NCBI GenBank assembly: GCA_963710575.1
Contig: CAVQAL010000006.1
Location: forward strand, 317,784-381,783
Reading direction: 5' to 3'
Length of the DNA stretch: 64,000 nucleotides
From: an uncultured delta proteobacterium
GTDB lineage: Bacteria > Desulfobacterota > Syntrophia > Syntrophales > Smithellaceae
The position numbers and the translations under genes were made by a program. Below the pieces are notes generated by a model. It was not told the DNA's origin. It saw only the letters and a program-made list of their open reading frames with translations, and made no database searches. Shown piece after piece: positions 1 through 11,130 of this stretch (position 1 is its first letter; the number at the start of each line of letters is the position of its first letter).

Positions 1-702
1 GAAGAAAGCCTAATCACTAAAAAAATGGAGGGAGGACTTCCTTTAATTGATTTTACGGGAAAAGAGTATAATTTAACGCGTCCCAAAGAATATTTTAATT
101 CGCTAATTTCCATTGCTGAAAAACGAATGCCCGAAGTGGCGCAAAATATTATCGACATAGTTAAAAGCAAACAATTTGATTGGGAAAAAATGATTCGGTC
201 TTCTTTTGACTGCAAAGTTGAAGAAGCTGATGTTCAACGATTACTGGTGGGTAGAGAATCTGAAGAGAATATTGACTTGATTGACCTTTTTACGGAGGAA
301 AGCTTAAGACCGGAACTGGAAATTATTGCTGAAAAATACGGAGAGACGGTAGAAAAATCGAACTGGTCGGAAGGATACTGCCCCATTTGCGGCAAAGAAC
401 CGAAAATTGGTGAAATCAGGGACGAAGAAGAGGGAAGGCGGTATCTGTTTTGTCATCAGTGCGGTTTTAAATGGCATTTTCACCGGATCAAATGTCCGTT
501 TTGCGGCAACGAGGAACAGCATTCTTTGGCTTATTTTGAAGTGGAAGGCGAAGAGCGTTATCGGGTCGATGTTTGTAACAAGTGCCGACGCTATATCAAA
601 ACCGTTGAATTGCCTAAATCAAGCGAAGAGCCGAATCTCGACGTTGAAGATATTGCCACCTTGCATCTGGATATGATTGCTTATGACGAAGGATATAACT
701 AG
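1..702 (+). CDS. fdhE: Formate dehydrogenase accessory protein FdhE (5' end runs off the window)
   Basis: CPICG, CHQC, CPFC and CNKC Cys pairs and a C-terminal DIATLHLD motif; frame open from base 1. Confidence 0.9.
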   Translation, partial: EESLITKKMEGGLPLIDFTGKEYNLTRPKEYFNSLISIAEKRMPEVAQNIIDIVKSKQFDWEKMIRSSFDCKVEEADVQRLLVGRESEENIDLIDLFTEESLRPELEIIAEKYGETVEKSNWSEGYCPICGKEPKIGEIRDEEEGRRYLFCHQCGFKWHFHRIKCPFCGNEEQHSLAYFEVEGEERYRVDVCNKCRRYIKTVELPKSSEEPNLDVEDIATLHLDMIAYDEGYN

Positions 703-912
703 GATTAAACCTGTATCGTATATAACTTAAGCACTGAAAGTTCTTCCGGATAACTAAAAAAACAAAAACAGTTGAAATATCTTTAATATAAGTATTGTAA
801 CTGGTAGTTAATTAAAATATTCTGAATTACACTACCACCCGTCTTTATAGTATTAACTCGCTAATAATTAAACATCATCCTTAAAAAGATAAGAAAATTC
901 AGCCTCCTGCCC

Positions 913-941
913 TTGACAGGCGATATACCCGTAAATATATT
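913..941 (+). promoter_or_regulatory. Sigma70-type promoter for gmhA-grpE-dnaK
   Basis: TTGACA(913-918)-17 nt-TATATT(936-941). Confidence 0.6.
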
Positions 942-990
942 AAACCCGCTTTGCTGGACATAATTTTTAAAGGATTCCGGACAGGTAAGT

Positions 991-1575
991 ATGGAAGATC
1001 ACATAATAAAAATATTCAAGGAAAGCAGTCGCGTTAAAGATACTTTTATTAATGAAAATCTTAGTAAACTTGCTAGTGTTATTGAGGCGCTGACTGCCGC
1101 ACTAAAAGCAGGCAATAAAATTCTGCTTTTTGGCAATGGTGGTTCGGCTGCCGATGCGCAGCATATTGCGGCGGAATTCGTGAACCGTTTCGTAATCGAA
1201 CGGCCGCCTCTTCCCGCTATAGCCCTGACCACCGATACTTCCATTATTACCAGCATCGGCAACGATTATGATTTCTCCGAAATATTCAGCAAGCAAATTC
1301 GGGCAATAGGTCAGCCGGGTGATGTTGCTTGGGGCATCAGCACCAGCGGCAATTCCGCCAACGTTTTGAAAGGCCTCGAAATGGCCAAAAAGATGGGATT
1401 GATAACGGTTGCTTTCACCGGCAAGGACGGGGGAGACATCTCAAAAATTGTTGATTTTTCCATTCATGTGTCTTCCTCCAGTACCGCTCGTATTCAGGAA
1501 ACCCATATTACGGCCGGTCATGCTATCTGTGAATTAGTGGATATAAAATTATTTCAAAAACCTGATTTAAAATAA
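991..1575 (+). CDS. gmhA: D-sedoheptulose 7-phosphate isomerase
   Basis: SIS motifs FGNGGSAADAQH, NDY, STSGNS, RIQE.H. Confidence 0.95.
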   Translation: MEDHIIKIFKESSRVKDTFINENLSKLASVIEALTAALKAGNKILLFGNGGSAADAQHIAAEFVNRFVIERPPLPAIALTTDTSIITSIGNDYDFSEIFSKQIRAIGQPGDVAWGISTSGNSANVLKGLEMAKKMGLITVAFTGKDGGDISKIVDFSIHVSSSSTARIQETHITAGHAICELVDIKLFQKPDLK

Positions 1576-1599
1576 TAAGAACTTTTTTCAGAGGTAAGG

Positions 1600-2196
1600 G
1601 TGAAATTTAAAAAAGAACATGCTGATAAACACGGTCAACTCGGCGAAAATCATGAAGACAAAGTTGCCGCGGAAAACCCTGTTCAAGAAAAAATAGATTT
1701 AAATAAAAAGTTGGAAGAAAAGGAAAAGGAGGCTGCTGCCAATTACGATAAGTATCTGCGTGCAGTTGCCGAACTGGATAATTACAGAAAACGGGCAGCA
1801 AGAGAGAAAGCCGATATAATCAAGTACGGCAAGGAAGATATCATCCGCGATATTCTACCTTTTGTAGACAGTCTGGACCGGGCTTTGGAGCACGACACCG
1901 GCGATGTCCGGGCCTTTAAAGACGGCGTTGCTTTAATTCAGGGACAGCTTTTAAGTTGTTTGAAAAAGCACGGTGTGGAAAGGATTGAAACCTCAGGCCT
2001 GAATTTTGATCCGAACTTCCACGAAGCTTTAATGCAGATGGAAAGCGACGAACATGAAGATAACAAAATCGTCAGCGAAATGGAAAGAGGATATTTACTA
2101 AATGGGCGGCTTTTAAGACCATCAAAGGTCTGCGTCTGTAAAAGGACAAATAAAGAAAATGATGTATGTGAAAAAAATGAGGATATAGGAGAATAA
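1600..2196 (+). CDS. grpE: Nucleotide exchange factor GrpE
   Basis: RAVAELDNYRKR, FDPNFHEA, GYLLNGRLLRP; upstream of dnaK. Confidence 0.95.
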   Translation: MKFKKEHADKHGQLGENHEDKVAAENPVQEKIDLNKKLEEKEKEAAANYDKYLRAVAELDNYRKRAAREKADIIKYGKEDIIRDILPFVDSLDRALEHDTGDVRAFKDGVALIQGQLLSCLKKHGVERIETSGLNFDPNFHEALMQMESDEHEDNKIVSEMERGYLLNGRLLRPSKVCVCKRTNKENDVCEKNEDIGE

Positions 2197-2208
2197 GGAG
2201 GAAGAGAT

Positions 2209-4134
2209 ATGGGAAAGATTATCGGAATTGATTTAGGAACAACCAATTCTTGCGTAGCCATAATGGAAGGGGGAGACCCTGTCGTTATTGCCAATCAGGA
2301 AGGCAACCGCACAACGCCGTCTATTGTGGCCATATCGGAGAATGGTGAACGGCTGGTGGGCCAGGTGGCCAAAAGACAGGCGATTACGAACTCGGAAAAT
2401 ACCGTTTATGCAGTCAAAAGACTGATCGGTAGAAAATATACATCGAAAGAAGTTCAGTATGATATAAAAATTATTCCTTATAAAATAACCGAAGCAACCA
2501 ACGGTGACGCACAGGTTACCGTACGCGGGAAGAATTATTCACCCGCCGAAATATCGGCCATGATTCTGACAAAAATGAAACAGACTGCCGAAGATTATCT
2601 GGGAGAGAAAGTAACCGATGCGGTTATTACCGTTCCTGCCTATTTTAACGATTCACAGCGGCAGGCGACCAAAGACGCCGGCAAAGTTGCCGGCCTGAAT
2701 GTTTTGCGTATTATCAACGAACCCACCGCGGCGGCTCTAGCCTACGGTCTGGATAAGAAAAAAGATGAGAAAATTGCCGTCTTCGACCTGGGCGGCGGAA
2801 CATTTGATATTTCGATTCTGGAACTTGGTGACGGCGTTTTTGAAGTTAAATCCACCAATGGCGATACCCATCTGGGCGGTGAAGACTTCGATCAACGTGT
2901 CATGGATTATCTGGTCGCCGAATTCAAGAAGGATCAGGGCATTGATCTGCGCAGTGACAAGATGGCCCTGCAGCGCCTGAAAGAAGCGGCGGAAAAAGCG
3001 AAGATGGAGCTTTCCACGACTATGGAAACCGACATCAATCTGCCGTTTGTCACGGCGGACGCCTCCGGTCCGAAACATATGAATATGAAACTTTCACGGG
3101 CAAAACTGGAATCACTCGTGGAAGAGTTAATTAATAGAGTGGTCGGGCCCTGTCAGACAGCAATCAAAGATGCCAACTTATCAACGAAGGATATTGACGA
3201 AGTCATCCTTGTCGGCGGTATGACTCGTATGCCGCGTGTGCAGCAGAAGGTCAAAGAACTTTTCGGCAGGGAGCCGCATAAGGGCGTCAATCCGGATGAA
3301 GTCGTGGCCGTTGGCGCGGCTATTCAGGGCGGTGTTCTGGCAGGCGATGTCAAAGACGTCTTATTGCTGGATGTAACACCTCTGTCTTTAGGTATTGAAA
3401 CTTTAGGCGGAGTTATGACCAGACTCATCGAGAAAAACACTACTATCCCCTGCAAGAAAAGTCAGGTTTTCTCCACGGCGGCCGACAATCAACCGGCCGT
3501 GAGCATTCATGTTCTGCAGGGCGAACGCCAGATGGCTCCCGATAACAGAACACTGGGACGCTTTGAGTTGGTCGGTATTCCACCCGCGCCGCGCGGCGTG
3601 CCGCAAATTGAAGTTTCCTTTGATATTGATGCCAACGGAATTGTGCATGTAAATGCGAAAGATCTGGGCACAGGCAAGGAACAGAGCATTAAGATTACTG
3701 CTTCCAGCGGTTTATCCGAAGCTGAAATTCAGAAACTGGTCCGCGAAGCAGAGGCGCACGCGGAAGAAGACAAGCGCCGCAAAGAATTGATCGAAACAAG
3801 AAATCACGCCGATTCTCTGGTTTACAGCGTGGAGAAAAATGTCAAAGAGTTTGGCGATAAAGTTGATGCTGCGGAAAAGGCCAAAATTGAAGAAGCGATA
3901 ACCAAAACGAAAAAAGCTCTGGAAGGCGATGATATTGAAGCCATCAAGAAAGCTCAGGATGATTTGATGAATGTTTCGCATAAATTGGCGGAAGCCATGT
4001 ATGCAAAAACAGCCGGTGGCCAGGGTGGGCCGGAAGCCGGCGGTGGAGCGCAGCAACATTCAGGCGATCAGCAACAAGCGTCAGGTAAGAAAAATGACGA
4101 TGTGGTCGATGCCGACTTTGAAGAAGTAAAGTAA
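2209..4134 (+). CDS. dnaK: Molecular chaperone DnaK
   Basis: [18 protein letters not shown]-terminal DADFEEVK. Confidence 0.99.
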   Translation: MGKIIGIDLGTTNSCVAIMEGGDPVVIANQEGNRTTPSIVAISENGERLVGQVAKRQAITNSENTVYAVKRLIGRKYTSKEVQYDIKIIPYKITEATNGDAQVTVRGKNYSPAEISAMILTKMKQTAEDYLGEKVTDAVITVPAYFNDSQRQATKDAGKVAGLNVLRIINEPTAAALAYGLDKKKDEKIAVFDLGGGTFDISILELGDGVFEVKSTNGDTHLGGEDFDQRVMDYLVAEFKKDQGIDLRSDKMALQRLKEAAEKAKMELSTTMETDINLPFVTADASGPKHMNMKLSRAKLESLVEELINRVVGPCQTAIKDANLSTKDIDEVILVGGMTRMPRVQQKVKELFGREPHKGVNPDEVVAVGAAIQGGVLAGDVKDVLLLDVTPLSLGIETLGGVMTRLIEKNTTIPCKKSQVFSTAADNQPAVSIHVLQGERQMAPDNRTLGRFELVGIPPAPRGVPQIEVSFDIDANGIVHVNAKDLGTGKEQSIKITASSGLSEAEIQKLVREAEAHAEEDKRRKELIETRNHADSLVYSVEKNVKEFGDKVDAAEKAKIEEAITKTKKALEGDDIEAIKKAQDDLMNVSHKLAEAMYAKTAGGQGGPEAGGGAQQHSGDQQQASGKKNDDVVDADFEEVK

Positions 4135-4149
4135 CAACTATTTAACCCC

Positions 4150-4187
4150 AAAAGCCCGAAATGGCGCACGCCATTTCGGGCTTTTTT
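4150..4187 (+). terminator. Rho-independent terminator after dnaK
   Basis: AAAAGCCCGAAATGGCG-CA-CGCCATTTCGGGCTTTTTT perfect stem plus U-tract. Confidence 0.9.
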
Positions 4188-4344
4188 ATGTCGACCAAAG
4201 CTGAAAAATATTATACAATACTTACGCCAAATCGCATGTAAGTTACCATCTTGCAGATTGTAACTATAAGTAAGGTAAAAATTTTTATTTGTTATGCGCT
4301 TCCTTACGGGACGCGCCTCCGGTCTTTGGCTAACAGGGATGAAC

Positions 4345-4938
4345 ATGAAAAGATTTTCTTTCGTAAGGAAAATGACTATTGCATTGTTGGGAAGCATCGT
4401 TTTGATTACAGCAGCGTATTCTCCGGTATCTGTAGCGGAAAAACGCGGTCAAAATTTAGATGCCGGATGTCCGGCGATTCTTTTGACCAATGAAGATTAT
4501 TTCCCGGCGTTATTGAAGGCCATTGATGAAGCACAAAGCGAAATCTTCATGTCGATCTTTTCTTTTAAAGCCGGTGAGCATAAGAATAGTTACCCGGATA
4601 TAATTTTAGCACATCTGGCACGGGCAGTGAAAAGAGGAATAAAAGTCATCGTGATTCTGGAAAACACCGGCGGATATGATGATAAGCTTGATGCCGAAAA
4701 CCAGCAGACAAAGCACCTTCTTGAAGAGGATGGTGTCAAGGCCTATTTCGATTCACCGCGCAAAACAACACATACAAAGCTTATTGTCATTGACGAGCGG
4801 TTGGTTCTTCTGGGCAGCCACAATCTTACGCAAGCGGCCTTGAAATATAATAATGAAATCTCTATTTTATTGGACAGGCCTGATTTGGCTAAACACGCCC
4901 GTAACTATATGTTGAAAATTATCAAGGAGGCAAAATGA
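4345..4938 (+). CDS. Secreted phospholipase D-like (single HKD, Nuc-type) protein
   Basis: HTKLIVID and GSHN motifs; signal peptide; start codon uncertain (4294/4339/4345). Confidence 0.85.
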   Translation: MKRFSFVRKMTIALLGSIVLITAAYSPVSVAEKRGQNLDAGCPAILLTNEDYFPALLKAIDEAQSEIFMSIFSFKAGEHKNSYPDIILAHLARAVKRGIKVIVILENTGGYDDKLDAENQQTKHLLEEDGVKAYFDSPRKTTHTKLIVIDERLVLLGSHNLTQAALKYNNEISILLDRPDLAKHARNYMLKIIKEAK

Positions 4939-6215
4939 ACTTTTACCGTATTTTCGACAAAATATTTATTTTGTTGCTGGTTATTTCTCTCCTCTCCTGT
5001 TCAACAATGGCAATTGATACCAAAAAACCTGTTCCGATTCCATCTCCGGAAGTAAAATTAATGCCGGAAGAGCCGCCGGTGGTCGCGCTTCCGGAAATTA
5101 TACCTCCGCTTGTCAAGCTCAACCGCAATACTATAGGATGCGTGCTTCCTCTGTCCGGTCAATATGCTGACTTGGGAAATAAAGCGCAGGATGCAATTTT
5201 TATGGCTACAGGGATGCTTGATGAAAAAAAGAAACCTTTATGGAAAGTTATTGTTGAAGATTCCCGCGGGTTGCCGGAAGGAACAAAAGCGGCCATAGAA
5301 CATTTGGCCAATGCTGAAAATGTTATGGCGATTATCGCCGTTACCGGCACAGCGGAAGCCATGGATGCGGCTCGCGAAGCAGACAAGTGGAAAGTGCCGT
5401 TAATTTTAATAACGCCCAAAGAAGGCGTGACTTCCATAAGCGAATATGTCTTCCAGAATTTCCTGACCCCTACACAACAAATCAGGGCCGTGGTAAAATA
5501 TTCCTTTGATGATTTGAATTACGCAATATTTTCCGTCTTATATCCCCAGGATGATTATGGCGAGGAAATGGTAAAAATTTTTCGTGAGGAAGTAATGCGT
5601 ATAGGCGGCAAGGTGGAGAAGGCAATTCCCTACAGCAGAAATCAAACGGATTTTAAGGAAGAGATCAGCAAATTAACCGGCATTATTGTTAATGCTTCGC
5701 AAAAAAAACGTGTCGATCAAGCAGAAAATAAACCCGCAATGTCCGTTGATTTCGAAGTTTTGTTTATTCCTGATTCCGCTTCGCGGGTAAAACTGATTAC
5801 TTCGCAACTTGATTTTTATGATGTTAAAGGCTTTCAACTTTTGGGTACAAGTTTATGGCACTCGCCTGACTTGCTGAAAAATGGCACGAAATATCTGGAG
5901 GAAGCAATTTTTACTGATAGTTTTTTTACAAATAGTTTGTATCCGGAAACAAACAACTTTGTAGATGCTTATTATGCAAAATATAGCCGTGAGCCGGAAA
6001 ATATTGAAGCGCTGGCTTATGATACAGCAGGAATAATCATTGACGTTTTGGATGACATGGAAATTAAAACACGCGCGCAATTTGTCGCAGCCCTGAAAAA
6101 AGTGAGAATTTACGATGGTGTGACAGGACAGACATATTTTGATTCAGATAGAGTTGCTCAAAAGACTCCTTTTATATTGAAAGTTAATAAAGGAAATTTG
6201 AAGCAGGTAAAATAG
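4935..6215 (+). CDS. Periplasmic binding-fold lipoprotein, LppC/penicillin-binding protein activator-like
   Basis: Lipobox LLSC; IGCVLPLSG, LFIPDS, ALAYD, GVTG motifs. Confidence 0.75.
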   Translation: MNFYRIFDKIFILLLVISLLSCSTMAIDTKKPVPIPSPEVKLMPEEPPVVALPEIIPPLVKLNRNTIGCVLPLSGQYADLGNKAQDAIFMATGMLDEKKKPLWKVIVEDSRGLPEGTKAAIEHLANAENVMAIIAVTGTAEAMDAAREADKWKVPLILITPKEGVTSISEYVFQNFLTPTQQIRAVVKYSFDDLNYAIFSVLYPQDDYGEEMVKIFREEVMRIGGKVEKAIPYSRNQTDFKEEISKLTGIIVNASQKKRVDQAENKPAMSVDFEVLFIPDSASRVKLITSQLDFYDVKGFQLLGTSLWHSPDLLKNGTKYLEEAIFTDSFFTNSLYPETNNFVDAYYAKYSREPENIEALAYDTAGIIIDVLDDMEIKTRAQFVAALKKVRIYDGVTGQTYFDSDRVAQKTPFILKVNKGNLKQVK

Positions 6216-6249
6216 GTTCAGCAAGATAAGGCGAAAAGGAAAAAGTTTT

Positions 6250-7017
6250 ATGCGATTTTTACTCACCAACGATGATGGCATTTACGCCAAAGGATTAAGC
6301 GCGCTCTATCGGGAGCTTTCCAAAGAAGCGGATTGCCTGATTGTCGCGCCGGAAATTGAACAAAGCGCTGTAGGACACGCTATTACGATTTTTCGTCCCC
6401 TGATGGTGCGCCGCGCCACTAAAAACGCCAATTTCCTGGGATACGCCGTTTGCGGAACACCGGCGGACTGCGTTAAAATAGGAATCAAGGAATTATCGGA
6501 TAAACCGGTGGATATGGTTGTTTCGGGAATCAACAGGGGAGGAAACGCCGGTGTCAATGTTCTTTATTCGGGGACTGTGTCCGCCGCAACCGAAGCAGCC
6601 ATTCTGGGTGTTCCCGCTTTAGCTGTTTCTCTAGACACTCATAAAGAAGCGGATTTCACCTATGCCGCCAGATTCGCCCGCAAGATGACCCGGTTAATCC
6701 TAAGCAATTCAGTACAGCTTCAAGGAAGCGCGATCAATGTTAATATCCCATGCATTCCCCGTGAAAAAATCAAAGGAGTTGTGGTTGTCCGGCAGGGAAA
6801 GAGCAATATTGTCGAAACTTTTGAGAAGCGCGTAGACCCCAGAGAAAATATTTATTACTGGTTTGCCGGTGAATCTCAATCCGCCCGCAAACAGAAAGAT
6901 ACCGATGTCGGCGCGCTGGCTGCGGGCTATATAACGATTACACCGATTCACTCCGATTTGACCAGACACGATTTACTCGACACGCTCAAGGATGCTGTGA
7001 GGCAAAGCAATTTTTAG
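6250..7017 (+). CDS. surE: 5'/3'-nucleotidase SurE
   Basis: LLTNDDG, GTPADCV, SGIN.G.N, YSGTV. Confidence 0.96.
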   Translation: MRFLLTNDDGIYAKGLSALYRELSKEADCLIVAPEIEQSAVGHAITIFRPLMVRRATKNANFLGYAVCGTPADCVKIGIKELSDKPVDMVVSGINRGGNAGVNVLYSGTVSAATEAAILGVPALAVSLDTHKEADFTYAARFARKMTRLILSNSVQLQGSAINVNIPCIPREKIKGVVVVRQGKSNIVETFEKRVDPRENIYYWFAGESQSARKQKDTDVGALAAGYITITPIHSDLTRHDLLDTLKDAVRQSNF

Positions 7018-7165
7018 AAAAAAATACAGTTCGTTGCAGAAATATTTATGAATAGCCCTCGTTCAAACAGTGTTGGCATCAGTCTGGATGGCAAGAATCG
7101 CTGGATGGACAACTTAATTGTTCAATTTTCGTTAACGCTATTTTTAATTCAGCAGTATAAAAAAT

Positions 7166-8068
7166 CTAAACAATGCTAGATTCCACATGGTCGCCAGTAA
7201 TTGGCGGCGGTGCATGGTGATATCTGTGGTGAAAAAGGGCCAGAAAAACTCCGCCAAAGCCAATTGTAATGGCAACAGTCTTGATAATCGCGCCAATGTA
7301 AAAAGGTATCCAGCCACTGAACCACAATAAGATCAATCCCAGCAGGGTTTCTTGAGTTAAAGATTTATTATGCCGGTTAAAAATTTTTGTCAAAACGAAA
7401 TTGCCCAGAAGCGCACTTACGCCGATGAATCCAAACATAAACGCCAGTAATAGGGCAGCAAAAGCCAACGGCATTAAGGGAATACCGATAAACGAAAACA
7501 TCAGCAGCATAAAAAAAGGCGCTATCATCAGGGTTGCCAGAAACCCCCAAAAGAAGGATTTTGCTTTATTGCTTTGAATGGAATCAGCAATAGCATTTAA
7601 TGGGCGGGGAAATAAAACAGCCATTAATAATGCCAACATTAAGATCATGACGAAAAAACAAAAATAAATAATATCGACAAGCCATGACCATGCGTCCATA
7701 TCTCCGTAAAAAGCGGAAGCAACGGCAGTGGAAATGTTCGAAGAGTTCACTTCCGTGATGTTGCCGTAAACCTGGGCGCCATTTCCCTGAGCTACAACAC
7801 CGCCGAGACAGATAACGTTGCCACGGACGACGGCTTCGCTGGTCAGCACAACCGAACCGCCAACAGTCACAACATCATTTTCGACCAGCCCGCTGACCGT
7901 TATTTGACCGGCAATGGCAATTGCATTGTTTATCCGCTGATCGTTGCCGATGTTGATATCTTTACCGACTTTGATAATATTTCTGGCATCAACTGAAGGC
8001 GTCATCATAAAAATCAGCGCCAGAACAGCGACAGCGGCGATTAATTTTCTTCTTATATTTTCCCTCAT
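7166..8068 (-). CDS. Membrane protein with N-terminal beta-helix-like (bactofilin-like) domain and several TM helices
   Basis: Signal peptide, V/G-rich repeats (GQITVSG, GGSVVL, GGVV), then hydrophobic segments. Confidence 0.6.
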   Translation of the reverse strand: MRENIRRKLIAAVAVLALIFMMTPSVDARNIIKVGKDINIGNDQRINNAIAIAGQITVSGLVENDVVTVGGSVVLTSEAVVRGNVICLGGVVAQGNGAQVYGNITEVNSSNISTAVASAFYGDMDAWSWLVDIIYFCFFVMILMLALLMAVLFPRPLNAIADSIQSNKAKSFFWGFLATLMIAPFFMLLMFSFIGIPLMPLAFAALLLAFMFGFIGVSALLGNFVLTKIFNRHNKSLTQETLLGLILLWFSGWIPFYIGAIIKTVAITIGFGGVFLALFHHRYHHAPPPITGDHVESSIV

Positions 8069-8070
8069 TT

Positions 8071-8724
8071 TTAACTCTTCTCTTTCGAAGCATTCCTTCG
8101 CTGCCGCCAGTATTCAAAAATGCCCGGCATTATTGAAATAATAACGATAGCGATAATTACAATAGTAAAGTTACTTTTCACGGAAGGTATATTGCCGAAA
8201 AAATAACCGCCCAGAAGAAAAAGGCAGACCCACGTGATGCAACCTGTGACATTAAACAAAATAAATTTAGAATAAGTCATAGCGCCAACACCGGCCACGA
8301 AAGGGGCAAAGGTGCGGATTATCGGCATGAATTGGGCGATGATGATCGTTTTCCCTCCATGTTTTTCATAAAACTGATGCGTCCGCATAAGATATTCCTT
8401 TTTGAAAAAGCGGCTGTCTTCATAATGAAAAACTTTGGGTCCGATAAAATGTCCTATCGAATAATTGACGGTATCTCCGGTAATAGCGGCAATACTAAGC
8501 GAAATCAATAAAATATCAATATTTAAAGCCCCCTGTGCGGCGAAAGCTCCTAAAGCGAATAAAAGAGAATCGCCAGGCAAAACGGGTGTAACCACGAGGC
8601 CGGTTTCACAGAAAATAACTAAAAAGATAATAACATACGCCCAAATACCAAAACTTTGGATGATTACCGGCAGATATTTGTCCAAGTGAATAAAAAAATC
8701 TATAAAATTAATGATTATATCCAT
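8071..8724 (-). CDS. dedA: DedA family membrane protein
   Basis: FCETGL...LPGDSLLF, GDTVNY, IIRTFAPFVAG. Confidence 0.9.
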   Translation of the reverse strand: MDIIINFIDFFIHLDKYLPVIIQSFGIWAYVIIFLVIFCETGLVVTPVLPGDSLLFALGAFAAQGALNIDILLISLSIAAITGDTVNYSIGHFIGPKVFHYEDSRFFKKEYLMRTHQFYEKHGGKTIIIAQFMPIIRTFAPFVAGVGAMTYSKFILFNVTGCITWVCLFLLGGYFFGNIPSVKSNFTIVIIAIVIISIMPGIFEYWRQRRNASKEKS

Positions 8725-8840
8725 AAATAATTATGTTATACTGATTAATAAGTTAAGAACTCTAAATTTTCATGAAGTCAGCAAAAAATCTGCATTTTGT
8801 ATAGAGAAGAACTGGATGGATGTCAATGTGAAAAAGATTT

Positions 8841-8964
8841 TATACCAATTCGCTTTCTTTGGCTAACTTTGTTGGCAGCGTCGTCGGTTTCCTCGACGTA
8901 TTATTAATACGCCTGCGGAGCCTCCTCCTTGCCGCCGCGTTATCCTTTGAAATCGAATGGTATA
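8841..8964 (+). repeat. Palindromic MITE-like repeat family A, copy 1
   Basis: Ends TATACCAATTCG...CGAATGGTATA; nearly identical to 35157-35280 and related to 16163 and 28087. Confidence 0.85.
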
Positions 8965-9003
8965 AGTTATTAACATTGATCATAGCCGCAAAGGCGGATT
9001 TAA

Positions 9004-11125
9004 ATGATTAAAGATCAAAATATAAAATATTTATTTGAACCGCGGTCAGTTGCCGTTATCGGAGCTTCCAGCGATAAGGGCAAAATCGGCAATGCGGTAA
9101 TCAGCAACATTATTAAAAGCGGTTACAAGAATAAGGTTTTTCCGATTAATCCCAAAGGCGGAGAAATTGAAAGCATCAAAACATACAAAAGTGTTTTAGA
9201 TGTCCCGGATGAAATTGATATCGCCTGCATTACAGTTCCCGCAAAATTTGTTCTGGAAGCAATAAAAGAATGCGCTACCAAAGGTGTTAAATACGCTATC
9301 GTGATAACTTCCGGTTTCTCCGAGATAGGCAAGATAGAAGAAGAGAGGAAACTGGTTGAAGCCGCCCGGGAGAAAGGGATGCGCATTCTGGGGCCGAATG
9401 TTTTCGGCATCTTCACAGCGGAAGTATCGTTAAACGCGACTTTTGCCGGCAGTGTTATTCCTTCAGGCAATCTGGGCATTATTACACAGAGCGGCGCTCT
9501 GGGTCTGGCCATGATTGGACAAGCCACCGTCGGCAATGTCGGTCTTTCGGCAATTGTTTCCGTGGGAAATAAAGCCGATGTTGATGAAGGTGACCTTATA
9601 GAATACATGATCACTCAAGACCGGACGAAAGTTATCCTCATTTATATGGAAGGAGTGCACGAAGGAGAGCGGCTGGTTGAAACACTTAAGCGCGCCACTA
9701 AAATAAAACCGGTCGTCATAATCAAGTCCGGACGGTCAACGCGGGGAGCGATGGCGGCGGCATCGCACACAGGATCGCTGGCTGGTTCCGATACCGTGTT
9801 TGATGATGTAATCAAGCAATGCGGGGCGCTACGGGCGGAAAGCATGACGGAAGCGTTTGAGTGGAGCAAATTTCTCGCCAACAATCCCCTGCCGGCGGGT
9901 GAAAACACGGTCATCATTACCAATGGCGGCGGTGCCGGTGTTATGGCCACTGACGCCTGCGAAAAGTATGATATAAAACTGTATGATGATTTCAATCATC
10001 TGAAAACAATTTTCTCGCCGGCCACGCCGGAGTTCGGCTCGACAAAAAATCCGATAGATATAACCGGTCAGGCTAAAGCCGAAGATTACATAAAAGCTTT
10101 TAATGCGGCGCTGCATGATCCTGAAATTCATTCCGTAATCGGCGTTTTTTGTGAAAGTTCCCTTTTTAGCAATAAAGATCTGGACATGGCTGTGGAACAA
10201 AACTACCGGCAATTTAAAGCTGCCGGCAAGCCCATTATCTTTGGTTTGTTGGGAGGTGAAACAGTTGCTGAATATTCCAGAGAAGCGCGCCGGAAACAAT
10301 ATTCCGGTTTTTGATGATGTTTATGAGGGCGTGGCGGCTCTGGGCGCAATGTATTCATACAAAAGATATGCTGAGGAAAAGGAAGACGAGGTTGCCGATT
10401 TTAAATTTGATACAGCGGCCGTTGACAATATCGTTGACAATGCCCGCAAAGAAGGCCGGTCTTTTTTACTGTCACACGAAGGGCAGGATGTGATGAAGGT
10501 TACCGGCATTGCTGTTCCTAAAAGCATTATTGCCGTGAATATCGAAAGCGCTGTCAAAAGTGCTGCGGCCATTGGTTACCCTGTAGTCATGAAAGTTGTT
10601 TCCAAAGATATTTTGCATAAAAGTGATGCCGGCGGCATCGCTCTTGATCTGGTAAATGACGAGGAAATAATTTCCGCCTACGAAGCAATTATGCGCAATT
10701 GCCGCGCTCATGTACCCCACGCGGTCATTGAAGGCGTGGAAATATCGGAAATGGTTCAGCCGGGAACGGAAATGATTGTCGGAGCAAGAATCGACGGGTC
10801 TTTCGGCCCGACTGTAATGGTTGGTTTAGGCGGCATTTACGTGGAGGTAATGAAGGATGTTTCTTTCCGTGCCACTCCTCTGGGAAGGCGCGAGATAATG
10901 GCGATGATCAAAGAGATTCGCTCTTATCCTTTGCTTTTGGGAGTACGCGGTGAAAAAACGCGTGATATAAACGCTCTTGTGGATACGATAATCAAGATCG
11001 GGGCGGTAATCCGCAACTGTGAAGGAATTTCCGATATTGAAATTAATCCCCTTGTCCTTTATGAACAAGGTATGGGCGCAAGGGCCGTGGACGTAAGAAT
11101 AATACTTTCAAGAGAAGAGAGGTGA
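9004..11125 (+). CDS. ADP-forming acetate/acyl-CoA ligase (alpha-beta fusion), split by a +1 frameshift near 10294
   Basis: EPRSVAVIGAS, GPN.FG, SHTGSLAGS, HKSDAGG, EINPL; removing one A from cggAAAcaat restores ...RRNNIPVFDDVY. Confidence 0.88.
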
Positions 11126-11130
11126 AATAA

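Noticed and set aside
10280-10314. Programmed frameshift or natural alpha/beta split in acd
   Set aside because: No slippery heptamer at the shift and no SD/start for the second part; removing one base restores a typical fusion
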